A stretch of DNA of 64,000 nt, taken from an uncultured virus (IMG/VR IMGVR_UViG_3300043446_002182) (Duplodnaviria; Heunggongvirae; Uroviricota; Caudoviricetes). This document shows, in pieces, positions 19,474-29,342 of the stretch. The translations under genes were made by a program, and so were the position numbers. Below the pieces are notes generated by a model, which had not been told where the DNA came from, ran no database searches, and saw only the letters and a program-made list of their open reading frames with translations. The stretch lies in IMG/VR virus record IMGVR_UViG_3300043446_002182, one strand, 5' to 3'. How positions within the stretch are numbered: position 1 is the stretch's first letter; every line of letters starts with the position of its first letter.

Positions 19474-21796
19474 CCAACCAGTTTCCACTATCTCTTCCCG
19501 CCAACTCAACGAGTTGGTGCGCCTCGTTGTACGCATGTTCGTCAATGAAGCCAAAGCCGTTGATAATGACTATTGGAAAGCCAATGAAATTGGTCAAATG
19601 CTTTGGGGTAAGAAATGGGCAGTGAACCAATCAAAACGTGGCGACCAAGGTCGAGTATTCAAATTCAATTCTTCCGATTGGCATCCAAACATGGCAACCA
19701 AAGACTTCATGGCCTCAATTGATAAAGGCATGAAAGTAAGCCGTTTCCTTTGGCAAACTCCCGAAGGTAGTTGGAAATCTCTCGACCCACAAACAAAGAA
19801 GTGGGCTGACGTTGATTTGACCGACAATCCTTCAGAAAACATTTCTGAGGATGTCAACGCCGAACACGAAACCATCGTCAACGCTAACCCAGCTTCACGA
19901 GAAGAAGCCATTCAAATTTTGGATTTGGCACACAGCTTATTGACTGGTGGAGTGCTGGGGCAAGCCATGCGTAAAGATGTCCTCGCCGCCGTTGACCGTA
20001 TTGAAACTGCGTTTCACTTGAGCGATTATGTGTATGATAAGATGCATCCACAAGGCGACGAATATCCAGAAGGAAACCCTCACGTTGACGAAATGACGGG
20101 AACTGGTGCAGTTGCAGGGTTTGCGTCTCCGATGGCATTCAGTAAGCGCAAAGTCAAAGAAGAAGACGAACCTGAAAAGATGAAGGGTCAGTTTGTCAAC
20201 CGTGGTGAAATCAAACTTGATGGTGGTCTTGATTATGAGACTGCATCTAAGATTGCAAACTACCATTGGGATATTTTTGGTTCATTGGGCGCAGATGAAC
20301 GGGGAGTTTACAACTTCAAAACTCGTGGCGATAGGTTCTGCTGTGCCGTTGGAATGTATCAAGGTAAGCCAGCTATTCTGAGTGTCACTACGACACCCGG
20401 AAGATTGCAGTTGTTGGTTGGGGATGAAGCATACCCAGCCGATTCTCAAAACATAAAAGAAGCTGCCAGCGGAAACACCGACCCAACCCGTGAAGAAATG
20501 ATTGAATATCTTCAAACCGTTTACAGTGGTCTTTTAGACCGCTCATCGTTTGACGATGCGGCTGAAGTGGCAATGTATTGGTTTGCCAATTTCAATCATG
20601 GCGGTCAATCCAGCAATTTGTATTCGGTTCTGAGCACGTCTCCATATAGCCCCGGCAGAATGGAAACCGAGCCACGTCCCGAGACAGTCGAACGTGACAT
20701 GTTTGATGCCCTGACCCGAGAGTTTGGGTCAGAAGAACAAGTCAACGAAGGCGACGAAGCAGATGCCGTAAACGACATGTGGGCAGGCTCGGACGATGAT
20801 TTGAAAGGCCATGACATTGGCCTCAAGAAAAAGCCTAACACAAAAAAGTCATCCAAGACTCCCCGCAAAACTGGCAAGGCTTTGGTGAAGGGTAAAGTCA
20901 TTTCTTTGAAGGAATCGGTTGCTCCTGAATATCCGTTCTCCGACAGTCAGAAAAAGTCTCTGTCAGAGTATTTTAAGAAGAATCAAGATGTCAATTTTGA
21001 CGTGGTTGCTGAAGCTATGTCAAAAACACTTGGTAAGGAGATTTCAAGCAAACAGCTTTATGGATTGTATGTCGAATCTCTGATGGACGGACAAGTTGCT
21101 GAAGCCAGCAAGAAAAAGTGCCGCATCAAAGGATGCAGTGGAAGCGTAAAAGAACCAGCCGAAACTCGTGCTGGCCTTGGCGGTCTCTGTGCTAAACATG
21201 TTCAATCTCAACAAGACCAAGAACATCGTAGTGGTGAACACTCCAAAATGATAAATTGGATTCACACGGGTAAGCATGAACTCCCTGAAGAAAAGCTTGA
21301 AGAAATGACCACGACTGGTGATGTCAGTGGCTACAACGTTCCATCCGCATTTGCTCGTAAAGGCGGAAGTAAGAAGGGCGTCGAAGGTTCGGCGGCATTG
21401 GGATATACATTGACTCCCGCTGGTGAGAAGGAAATGCAACGAGTTGGTGATAGGTTGTTGGAATCCAAACAACCAGTTCGTCGTCAACGTTGTGCCAAAT
21501 GTAATAATTTGAAGCCTACTGAGGCTCATGGATACATCGAGGGATGGGAATGTGCGGACTGTCGCAAGCCAAAGCTTAATGAAGATGATACATATGTTCA
21601 AGCACACGATGAAATGGTATCTAAATTAAAATTGGCGATGTTCTCGGAAATTCCAATTGGTGGAAATTTCAAAGCTGGGTGGACATATCCATTCAATGAT
21701 TTTGAAAAAATAAATGATACCCAAGCACGCAATTTGAAAAATGGTGTAGTATCTACTTTTGACATTAAGACAAGTAAGGTAGCTATTCCAAAATAA
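19463..21796 (+). CDS. Modular putative internal head polyprotein
   Basis: 777 aa mosaic of short segments separated by [VIL]xE; duplicated EMT.TG.V.G[FY]..P.AF motif; Cys clusters. Confidence 0.6.
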   Translation: MSSNQPVSTISSRQLNELVRLVVRMFVNEAKAVDNDYWKANEIGQMLWGKKWAVNQSKRGDQGRVFKFNSSDWHPNMATKDFMASIDKGMKVSRFLWQTPEGSWKSLDPQTKKWADVDLTDNPSENISEDVNAEHETIVNANPASREEAIQILDLAHSLLTGGVLGQAMRKDVLAAVDRIETAFHLSDYVYDKMHPQGDEYPEGNPHVDEMTGTGAVAGFASPMAFSKRKVKEEDEPEKMKGQFVNRGEIKLDGGLDYETASKIANYHWDIFGSLGADERGVYNFKTRGDRFCCAVGMYQGKPAILSVTTTPGRLQLLVGDEAYPADSQNIKEAASGNTDPTREEMIEYLQTVYSGLLDRSSFDDAAEVAMYWFANFNHGGQSSNLYSVLSTSPYSPGRMETEPRPETVERDMFDALTREFGSEEQVNEGDEADAVNDMWAGSDDDLKGHDIGLKKKPNTKKSSKTPRKTGKALVKGKVISLKESVAPEYPFSDSQKKSLSEYFKKNQDVNFDVVAEAMSKTLGKEISSKQLYGLYVESLMDGQVAEASKKKCRIKGCSGSVKEPAETRAGLGGLCAKHVQSQQDQEHRSGEHSKMINWIHTGKHELPEEKLEEMTTTGDVSGYNVPSAFARKGGSKKGVEGSAALGYTLTPAGEKEMQRVGDRLLESKQPVRRQRCAKCNNLKPTEAHGYIEGWECADCRKPKLNEDDTYVQAHDEMVSKLKLAMFSEIPIGGNFKAGWTYPFNDFEKINDTQARNLKNGVVSTFDIKTSKVAIPK

Positions 21797-21798
21797 TC

Positions 21799-22626
21799 AT
21801 GATTAGTCTAAAACGAATTGTAGAACAGCAAGATTCAAGTCAGCTTTATGACCTTGGGTTGGATTTTTCCAATTTTCGTCGCACCATTGATGGAAGCTTT
21901 GACCAAATCAAGCAAAAGTTTGAACAAGTAATTGGTTCCAAACTTAACGGAAAACGTGTCCGTGCCCGAGCATCCAGAGGGTATAAGCAGTATGTCAAAG
22001 ACTATGAATTTGACGTTACGAAGATAACTTTGGATGACTATTATGATAATTATGTAGTGGTAGCACACGATAATACGACTCCGAAGGCCAAAGAGTATTT
22101 CTTGAAGCCCGGATTCAAGATTCAGATTTTAGGGCCAGCAAGTGGTCAACCAGCCGTGGGTAGTGATGGAAAAGGTCAACAACCATCTCCAACTCCTACA
22201 CCTTCGGCGGAACCTACGCCTGCGGCACAACAAATGGTTCCCGTTGCACCAAAGGCACCTGTAAAGGAAAGTGGAACTGGTCATTTTGATGCGTATGGCA
22301 CAGATGCAATTGCTCAAGATGTTCGTGGATGGTTACCGAAGCTATTGAAAAAGCCAGATACCGCTATGCGGGATTTCATTAAGGGATTGGGCTGGCTCAA
22401 AAATTTAGAACATGGTCAAAGTGTAGCAATGTTTGATTTGGTATTGCCATCAAACACGCTCAAAGTTTTACCGACAAAAGAAGTTTTGACGCAGTTGATT
22501 CAAACTGCAAATAAACATGGTGCAATTAACACCACGTATGAAATTAAGAGTGTGAAACCTGACATGAAAAAAGGCGAGGTAATCGTCCGTGTCAAGAAAA
22601 CAATGCAAGACACGACAACTGTATGA
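21799..22626 (+). CDS. Putative internal head protein (MISLKRIVE leader)
   Basis: 275 aa; shared leader; Pro-rich linker ending VKE. Confidence 0.6.
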   Translation: MISLKRIVEQQDSSQLYDLGLDFSNFRRTIDGSFDQIKQKFEQVIGSKLNGKRVRARASRGYKQYVKDYEFDVTKITLDDYYDNYVVVAHDNTTPKAKEYFLKPGFKIQILGPASGQPAVGSDGKGQQPSPTPTPSAEPTPAAQQMVPVAPKAPVKESGTGHFDAYGTDAIAQDVRGWLPKLLKKPDTAMRDFIKGLGWLKNLEHGQSVAMFDLVLPSNTLKVLPTKEVLTQLIQTANKHGAINTTYEIKSVKPDMKKGEVIVRVKKTMQDTTTV

Positions 22627-23204
22627 AAAAGAAAAAGCTATTTGAATGTGTCGGAGGCAATACTTTCCGATTGATTAAAGAATCGGAGTGGGCCGAGACT
22701 CAAGAAAACAACGAGAGAGTTAATCGCCAACGTCGTATGTTGAAGCATGAAATGGCATACATGAAGTCAGTATTGGCTTCTCCTTTGGCAGACCCAGAAG
22801 TTGTTGAAACGGCCACAGCAGCAATGAAAGATGCCGTAGAATTTGACCAAATCGTTGCTAAGGGATATTTGGATAGTGGGTATCAATATGACGACAAAGA
22901 CCCACGAAATCAGATGGACGTTCATGGTGATAGATATTGGGATGACAATATTGAACGAGCACGTAAAGGCTCTACCAAATCAGACGAAGTAGAAGCAGAA
23001 ATCAGACAGCAAGTTTCTCAACGCCATTTGGATGAACGTATGCGTGGGTATGAGGATTTCTTTACTAACGATTTGGCAGAAAGAATTTTCCCACAAGGAG
23101 ATGAAATGTATGGTATTGGTCTCCGGGAATATATGAGCGAAGTTGGGTCGCAGGAAGCTCAGAATGATTGGGACTATGACCATGACGATGACCACCGGGA
23201 TTGA
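22623..23204 (+). CDS. Hypothetical acidic protein
   Basis: 193 aa; ATGA overlap with upstream gene. Confidence 0.6.
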   Translation: MKKKKLFECVGGNTFRLIKESEWAETQENNERVNRQRRMLKHEMAYMKSVLASPLADPEVVETATAAMKDAVEFDQIVAKGYLDSGYQYDDKDPRNQMDVHGDRYWDDNIERARKGSTKSDEVEAEIRQQVSQRHLDERMRGYEDFFTNDLAERIFPQGDEMYGIGLREYMSEVGSQEAQNDWDYDHDDDHRD

Positions 23205-23205
23205 T

Positions 23206-23844
23206 ATGAATAACGCCGACAAAAAACTATTGGTAGAATGTATTACATTTGAAGCAGACCAACAACTGCTCAAGGAAGCTACTAGCAACCCAAATCAACC
23301 ATTTCGGGTGCAAGGTGTATTGCAACGCAAAGGGAAGAAGAATCAAAACGGACGCATCTATCCAGATGAAGTCTTGATTCGTGAAGCCCAAAAGTATGCA
23401 CAGACTTTCATCCAAGACCGTCGTGCAATGGGTGAACTCGACCATCCTGAAAGCTCCGTTGTCAATCTCAAAAACGTTTCTCACAACGTCATTGAAATGC
23501 ATTGGCAAGGCGATGACTTGGTTGGCACGGTTGAAGTGCTCACAACTCCTAATGGCAACATTCTACGTGAGTTGTTCCGTAACGGTATCAAACTCGGTAT
23601 TTCAAGCCGTGGTCTTGGTTCCTTGAAAAAGATTTCCGAAAGCTCTGCTATCGTTGGCGACGATTTTCAATTGATTGCATTTGACTTCGTGTCGAATCCT
23701 TCAACGCAAGGTGCTTTCATGGCTCCTACGGGTCAACAGAGCAGCACAATCGCTCTGGCTGAAGGGGTTGTAAAGAATCCCGCAACGAACCGTTGGGAAC
23801 GCACCGATGACATCATTCGCAACATCCTCAGTGAATTGGGTTAA
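23206..23844 (+). CDS. Prohead core protease (gp21-like)
   Basis: NQNGRIYP, GELDHP (catalytic His), GISSRGLGS (catalytic Ser), FDFVSNPS; ATG at 23206. Confidence 0.95.
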   Translation: MNNADKKLLVECITFEADQQLLKEATSNPNQPFRVQGVLQRKGKKNQNGRIYPDEVLIREAQKYAQTFIQDRRAMGELDHPESSVVNLKNVSHNVIEMHWQGDDLVGTVEVLTTPNGNILRELFRNGIKLGISSRGLGSLKKISESSAIVGDDFQLIAFDFVSNPSTQGAFMAPTGQQSSTIALAEGVVKNPATNRWERTDDIIRNILSELG

Positions 23845-23849
23845 TAAAC

Positions 23850-25850
23850 ATGAAGAACATTCGAGCATTGGTCAAGGAATGTGCCATGCGAGTCTTGAAG
23901 GAAGACTTGTCGAGCACTGACCACGACCGTATCAGCGGTGAAATCTATGCTAAACTTCAAGAGCATGGATTTCAGACCAAAGGCGATGAGCCTAACCAAT
24001 ACTCCGAATACTACCTTTGGAACTTCGCTACAATCCAATGTGGCGTGCGCCCTGACCACGTTTACGTGGAACGTTACTATGACTCGGAACGCATGGATGA
24101 CATGCACCGCAAGACTCAGAAGATTCCTCTTCCAGACCATTACGACCAAAACTACGTCAACACTGTCGTAGCCCTTTGTGTTAAATGGCAACGCAGCATC
24201 AAAGGTGACGAATCAATCTTTGGTGGAATGGATGACGTTACTGAAGTCAACCATACCCAAGATGAACGTGGCAAGTCAGTAATTGCAGTCGGTGCTCCCG
24301 GTAGCATCGCTCGTATGAAGGTGGAATATCCTGATACTATTGCTGCAATGGTCGCTGCCCTCACTAAACGTTTTGGTCCTCCCTCACCAGATTTACACGA
24401 TGTCATCCAAGACGCAGCCTTAGCTGCCGCAGGAAAGATTCTCGACAAGACACATGGTATTGGCGTAAAAAGCCTTGCTCAAGCCGCCGCCGAAGCTTAT
24501 TGGGAACAGAACAAACAGGTTGCCGAAAACACGGGTGAAGACCCCAAGGATGCTTACTACGTTGAATACGTCGGTGAGCGTGTTGGTGAAGAACCGTTCA
24601 CACTCGGCAACAGTGAACGAAAGTTTCAATATGTCAATGGTAAGTATCCAGATGGAACGATTGACATTGCGGTATATTCTTTTGCGGGAGATTTGTGCTA
24701 TGGATACAAAGCATTCCGCAGCATGATGGGTATTGAAGAAGGCTTCGACCCAACTTCCGTCGGCCCAAATCCAGCAGCCTCCGAAGGCGAAACAGTGTAT
24801 GACCCATACACATCCATGAACGCTAAAATGCGTCAAATGGAAAGTTCAAGAGTGTGTGGTCAATGTAACGGTTCTGGTGAAGGACGCCACGAAGGTTCAA
24901 AATGCACGGCTTGTCATGGCTCGGGAGAAGCTGGATACAAGAAGCCACTTACCAAGCGCACTGACCCTGACTATGATTGGGATGGCGAAGACGAAGAACG
25001 AAGATTGACTCGCAACGAAATGGTCGGCCCTGTTGACCCAAGTGTTGTCGAAGTTGAAGCTCAATTTCAAGCGGACATCGAAAACCTTAAGAAGACTCAT
25101 CCACATCTTTCCTTTGGCTACATTGGAAACTATGAGAGCGACCCTCGCATCGGTGATAACCGCTCATGGTATGTCTGGAACGTCAAAAACGGAACAAGAC
25201 AAAAGTGGGGTGGATTTGATACCAAAGACCTTCCTCAAATGTGGAAGCAATGGCAAACTGCCAAGGAAAAAATTCTCGGAGTTTCTGAGAACATGGGACG
25301 TTATGCTCAAGAAGCAGGCGCATTGGATTTGAAAGAAGCTCTTGAACTGACGCCTACCGGCGCAGATGATGAATGGTCTCGACCAGTCTATACCGACCAA
25401 AATGGAAAAACGTATGTTGACATCAATTGTGGTAGTGGTCAACCTTCGATTCATTCGGTAACTGATTCGGGCGAACCTGATTTTCCAGTTCGCAATTTCA
25501 AAATAGTTGGTTCGGCTCCCGAACGTTTTCCTGATGCTATTTGTCCTCGCTGTAAAAACAGCAAGCCCGAATACATGGATAAATCGGCTACTGGTATGAC
25601 AAAATGTAAGTGTTGCCATTGGCAAGACAACCCCGGCGAACCATATAAAGCAGGGATGAATCCATCAGAAAATCAAGTTTCTGAAAATGCCACCGACAAC
25701 AAAACCTTTCAGCAGATTCGTGATGAACAAGACCCCAAAGGAAAAAATCACGACTTGACGTTGACTTGCGTAAAATGTGGAACAACAGAAACTTGCCGAT
25801 GCTCAAAGCCTAAGCGAAAGTTCAAAGGCATCTGCGCTAAGTGCTGTTAA
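23850..25850 (+). CDS. Modular putative internal head polyprotein with DnaJ-type CxxCxGxG and other Zn-finger segments
   Basis: 666 aa; CGQCNGSG/CTACHGSG; segments bounded by LKE, VTE, VAE, IEE, VSE. Confidence 0.6.
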   Translation: MKNIRALVKECAMRVLKEDLSSTDHDRISGEIYAKLQEHGFQTKGDEPNQYSEYYLWNFATIQCGVRPDHVYVERYYDSERMDDMHRKTQKIPLPDHYDQNYVNTVVALCVKWQRSIKGDESIFGGMDDVTEVNHTQDERGKSVIAVGAPGSIARMKVEYPDTIAAMVAALTKRFGPPSPDLHDVIQDAALAAAGKILDKTHGIGVKSLAQAAAEAYWEQNKQVAENTGEDPKDAYYVEYVGERVGEEPFTLGNSERKFQYVNGKYPDGTIDIAVYSFAGDLCYGYKAFRSMMGIEEGFDPTSVGPNPAASEGETVYDPYTSMNAKMRQMESSRVCGQCNGSGEGRHEGSKCTACHGSGEAGYKKPLTKRTDPDYDWDGEDEERRLTRNEMVGPVDPSVVEVEAQFQADIENLKKTHPHLSFGYIGNYESDPRIGDNRSWYVWNVKNGTRQKWGGFDTKDLPQMWKQWQTAKEKILGVSENMGRYAQEAGALDLKEALELTPTGADDEWSRPVYTDQNGKTYVDINCGSGQPSIHSVTDSGEPDFPVRNFKIVGSAPERFPDAICPRCKNSKPEYMDKSATGMTKCKCCHWQDNPGEPYKAGMNPSENQVSENATDNKTFQQIRDEQDPKGKNHDLTLTCVKCGTTETCRCSKPKRKFKGICAKCC

Positions 25851-25856
25851 AATAAG

Positions 25857-25885
25857 TTTACTTCCCTCCAAATCTCGCATATACT
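25857..25885 (+). promoter_or_regulatory. sigma70-type promoter
   Basis: TTTACT-17 nt-TATACT, 10 nt before ATG 25896. Confidence 0.6.
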
Positions 25886-25895
25886 TCACGGTATT

Positions 25896-26891
25896 ATGCG
25901 AGATTTTCTGTTTACATACGACAACATCTGCCTTCGCCCGAAGTATTCGGAATTGCCCACTCGTCAGCTTGCCGACACATCTGTAAACTTTCTCGGACAC
26001 AAATTTCGATTGCCAGTCGTTCCTGCAAACATGCAAGATGTTATCTCGTGGGACTTAGCAAGCGGCCTCGCTCTGAACGACTATTTCTACATCATGCATC
26101 GGTTTGGAGACGCAAATTCCACGATACCTGCCCATGTTCGAGAGTTTGCAAAAGTTCGCAGCATCAGTGTGGGAGTCAATGATTTTTCCAGAGGGGAGTT
26201 GCAGACCTTGGCAAACCAAGGTGTTATTCCTGAGTTCATTACCATTGACGTTGCTCACGGACATCACGGTAAAGTAAAGGACATGGTTGAATATATCCGA
26301 ACAATGTTCCCTGCAAAACGTTGGGGGAAAGATGAATTCGGTGATAAAGCCCTCATGCCCGTCAGGAAGCCAAACATTATCGCTGGCAATGTTGCTACGG
26401 CAGATGGCTACAAGTTTCTCTGTGATTTGGGCGTGGATGCAGTCAAAGTTGGAATCGGGGGCGGTTCGATTTGCAGCACACGTTACAAGACTGGATTTCA
26501 CCTTCCGACTGCGTATTCTGTATGGGAATGTGCAACCAAAGGCGACCGTGATGTTCCAATCATTGCCGATGGTGGAGCAACGCATTTCGGCGACGTTGCC
26601 AAGGCACTTGTCCTTGGTGCTGACATGGTAATGTCTGGCCGATGGTTTGCAGAGTGCATTGATTCGCCTGCTCGAATCCACAATGGAAAAAAGATTTACC
26701 GTGGCTCAACGTCGTTTGAGTCCAAAGGGCATAACAACCACATTGAGGGTCATACACTGGCTATCACCGAGGGTTGCAAATACGTCGAGCGGTTGCAAGA
26801 GATTCAACAGGCGTTACAATCTGCAATCTCCTATGCGGGTGGAACGAATCTATCAGCATTTAACGGCGTTGAGTGGGAACTTTTGAAATGA
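25896..26891 (+). CDS. guaC: GMP reductase (IMPDH/GMPR family)
   Basis: PVVPANM, ITIDVAHGH, IAGNVAT, KVGIGGGSICSTR, IIADGG, LQSAISYAGG. Confidence 0.85.
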   Translation: MRDFLFTYDNICLRPKYSELPTRQLADTSVNFLGHKFRLPVVPANMQDVISWDLASGLALNDYFYIMHRFGDANSTIPAHVREFAKVRSISVGVNDFSRGELQTLANQGVIPEFITIDVAHGHHGKVKDMVEYIRTMFPAKRWGKDEFGDKALMPVRKPNIIAGNVATADGYKFLCDLGVDAVKVGIGGGSICSTRYKTGFHLPTAYSVWECATKGDRDVPIIADGGATHFGDVAKALVLGADMVMSGRWFAECIDSPARIHNGKKIYRGSTSFESKGHNNHIEGHTLAITEGCKYVERLQEIQQALQSAISYAGGTNLSAFNGVEWELLK

Positions 26892-27283
26892 AGACCGACG
26901 CTGAACAGATAAAGGATACATTTCTCGCAGCTAAAAGTCTCAACGAGCGTGGGGAGTGGAAGTTGGGCGACCCATATATGGAAGATGATTTGGGGAACAT
27001 TCGATTTTTAGGCTGGTGTCATAAGTTTGAGAACGAACTAAAAAGTATTTGTGATAAATGTCCGTTTCAAGTAAGTCATCCAACCCTGTGGTTAGATGAA
27101 ACCCATACAAGAGGAATTCCCGCCAACAAGTTGTGTGCCGCACATACTAAAGATATTGGGACGTGTTATGATACGGTTAATGTAGCTAAACACTGTCAAC
27201 TCATTGATAGGGAAAAGTTCAAAGTGTATGTCCGTGAAATAGAGGCATACCATAAATGGTGGGATGATAAACTGAAAAAATGA
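26888..27283 (+). CDS. Hypothetical Cys-rich protein
   Basis: ATGA overlaps at both ends. Confidence 0.6.
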   Translation: MKTDAEQIKDTFLAAKSLNERGEWKLGDPYMEDDLGNIRFLGWCHKFENELKSICDKCPFQVSHPTLWLDETHTRGIPANKLCAAHTKDIGTCYDTVNVAKHCQLIDREKFKVYVREIEAYHKWWDDKLKK

Positions 27284-27576
27284 ATCGTCGCTCTTTCTTC
27301 AAACGTCTCGGAATGGCAGTCGGTGCAGTAATGCTCCCTACCAGCATTTTGTCTTACGACCCTGTTAAGCAGGAAGTAGTCAACCCAAAGCTTGACAATT
27401 CCCCTGTGTTGGGGTATAAAGGTCATCAGTTTTTAGAAGCTGGGGTGGTTTACGCCCCATACATACCGCTTATACAGACCTGTCATTTGGTCGGCAATCC
27501 AGATTTTGTTAAGCGATACGCAGAATCAACAATCAACAAATCATTTTATGGTACACGCAAAATTTCTGGAAATTGA
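27280..27576 (+). CDS. Twin-arginine signal peptide fused to a major-capsid C-terminal fragment
   Basis: MNRRSFFK + hydrophobic stretch; GYKGHQFLEAGVVYAPYIPLIQT matches MCP GFRGNNFLETGAVYSPYIPLIQT; RYA and FYG also shared. Confidence 0.8.
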   Translation: MNRRSFFKRLGMAVGAVMLPTSILSYDPVKQEVVNPKLDNSPVLGYKGHQFLEAGVVYAPYIPLIQTCHLVGNPDFVKRYAESTINKSFYGTRKISGN

Positions 27577-27928
27577 CAAGGCAACCAGCAAGGGGAATAT
27601 CTATCCCAAGGAAGTCATTGAAACGGCTGTTCGTGCGTTCATTGAACTAGCCAAGGAAAACCGCTTCCCCATTTTTCGCAATCCCACCGCCAATCCAACC
27701 CAAGCGGATGTCGTTGGCGTAGCCGAAAACCTTCGGATTGAAGATGGTTACTTGTGCGGCGAGATTGGGTTTCACGAGGATTATTTGAAAGAAATCGTTG
27801 ACCCGACAGGCGAAGTGAAAATCACGGTTCGGCCAAACGGCTTCGGCTCTGCTGACGAAAATGGCGTGATTCGTGAGGGATACGTCATTAACGGGTTGAC
27901 GGTTCGGTTCAATCCCAAAGGGTCGTGA
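27548..27928 (+). CDS. Degenerate prohead-protease paralogue lacking catalytic residues
   Basis: GNIYPKEVI vs GRIYPDEVL; VRPNGFGS vs ISSRGLGS; no GELDHP. Confidence 0.65.
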   Translation: MVHAKFLEIDKATSKGNIYPKEVIETAVRAFIELAKENRFPIFRNPTANPTQADVVGVAENLRIEDGYLCGEIGFHEDYLKEIVDPTGEVKITVRPNGFGSADENGVIREGYVINGLTVRFNPKGS

Positions 27929-28374
27929 GACTTCTCATAACAGGCCACCGAGAAGAGAAACTTGCCACCTATGATTTGGTGTGGATTAACACCCACATTC
28001 AATTGGAACTCTACAAGATGCGAGACACGCTTGGCATCAGTATGGCATATTCGGGCATGGCATCGGGGGTTGATTTAATGTTCTGTGATGCCTGTGTAGT
28101 TGCCAACGTTCCATTCATTGCTTGCATTCCATTCGACGAACAGGGCGAGGGCATGACCGAAAAGGCTCGGCAAATTCGTGAACATTTCATTCAAAAAGCA
28201 GTCTCCGTAAAGAAGGTCAAAAACTCGTGGATGGTCGAACATGCGGACGCAGGTTTGGTCGTTTGGGATGGCAACAAAGGCGGAACGCATAACGTTGTGC
28301 AACAACTGGTTGAGAAGAATAAACCCTTCGTCTGGATTAACCCTGTTGGCTTGAAGGTCTGGCATTGTGCTTGA
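27925..28374 (+). CDS. SLOG-superfamily (YspA-like) protein
   Basis: ITGHR, SGMASGVD, IPF, VWDGNKGGT. Confidence 0.75.
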   Translation: MRLLITGHREEKLATYDLVWINTHIQLELYKMRDTLGISMAYSGMASGVDLMFCDACVVANVPFIACIPFDEQGEGMTEKARQIREHFIQKAVSVKKVKNSWMVEHADAGLVVWDGNKGGTHNVVQQLVEKNKPFVWINPVGLKVWHCA

Positions 28375-28398
28375 CTTTTGGGGTGACTCTGCTATACT
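28371..28398 (+). promoter_or_regulatory. sigma70-type promoter with extended -10
   Basis: TTGACT-16 nt-TATACT with TGn; ATG 28410. Confidence 0.65.
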
Positions 28399-28409
28399 GG
28401 CTGCGAATT

Positions 28410-28934
28410 ATGAAGAAGAGTGACCGGGCTAAGAAAGTCGCCGCTGAAACGATGGACAAGATTCGTCGAATCGCTCGACACATTCGTAACGTCGAAGACA
28501 ACTGTCTCATTTTGGGTGAAAAACTCATTGAGCGGGGTGAAATTGACCTTGGGCACAAGCTGATTGCAAATGGCTATATTCACGATGCTTCCAAGTTTCA
28601 TGGCATCGAATGGGAGAATATGGCACCAGATGAACCCCTCCATGAAGAGGGAGCAAAGCTGAAACTCAAGCTGGCGGTGCAACACCACAACCGCACCAAC
28701 CAGCATCACCCCGAGTATTGGGGTGGTATCCATCACATGCCTCGTCTGTATCTGGCCGAAATGGTCGCAGACTGGAAGGCTCGTAGTGAAGAATTTGGTT
28801 CATCCGTCAGAGATTGGGTGAACGAAGGTGCAGCCAAACGTTTTGGTTTCGCTAAGGACGACAAGGTATATCAAGAAATCATGGAATTTGTTGACTTGCT
28901 TTGTGAACGACCGTTTGAAAATATCTCTAAGTAA
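28410..28934 (+). CDS. HD-superfamily protein (DUF5662-like)
   Basis: H...HDASK...HH...NQHHPEYW...MP..YLAEMVADW. Confidence 0.75.
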   Translation: MKKSDRAKKVAAETMDKIRRIARHIRNVEDNCLILGEKLIERGEIDLGHKLIANGYIHDASKFHGIEWENMAPDEPLHEEGAKLKLKLAVQHHNRTNQHHPEYWGGIHHMPRLYLAEMVADWKARSEEFGSSVRDWVNEGAAKRFGFAKDDKVYQEIMEFVDLLCERPFENISK

Positions 28935-28943
28935 TTAACACAC

Positions 28944-29342
28944 ATGACACCAAAATCAATCAATATCGCAGTTGGCGAGCAGGTTGCAAAACTCGGTTCG
29001 GCCAAGGTTGTTGACGCAGTTGTTTCAAAACTCGTTGACGCAGAAGTGAACAAACGTGCAGACGCTTTGGCGGCTGCAATCAAACTCGCCGAGGATACTT
29101 TGCGGGAACAACGCAAGGCGGCAAAACCCGACCAAGTTTTTATTGCAGCAGATGGCACGAAGACCGAATCCTTCTCAGCAAAGGCATTTGAGGCCAAGAA
29201 GAAGCTGGAAGAGAAGTTGGCCAAGATTGACAAAATCGTTGAGAACGCCACAGGCGAAGCTGGCGATTGGGGCAAGCTGTATGAGTTGGTAAAGGGTGGT
29301 GGCAACGCTCCCGCAGCCGATGAACCCGCAGCAAATAGCTGA
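28944..29342 (+). CDS. Hypothetical Ala/Lys-rich helical protein
   Basis: 132-aa ORF in operon. Confidence 0.65.
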   Translation: MTPKSINIAVGEQVAKLGSAKVVDAVVSKLVDAEVNKRADALAAAIKLAEDTLREQRKAAKPDQVFIAADGTKTESFSAKAFEAKKKLEEKLAKIDKIVENATGEAGDWGKLYELVKGGGNAPAADEPAANS

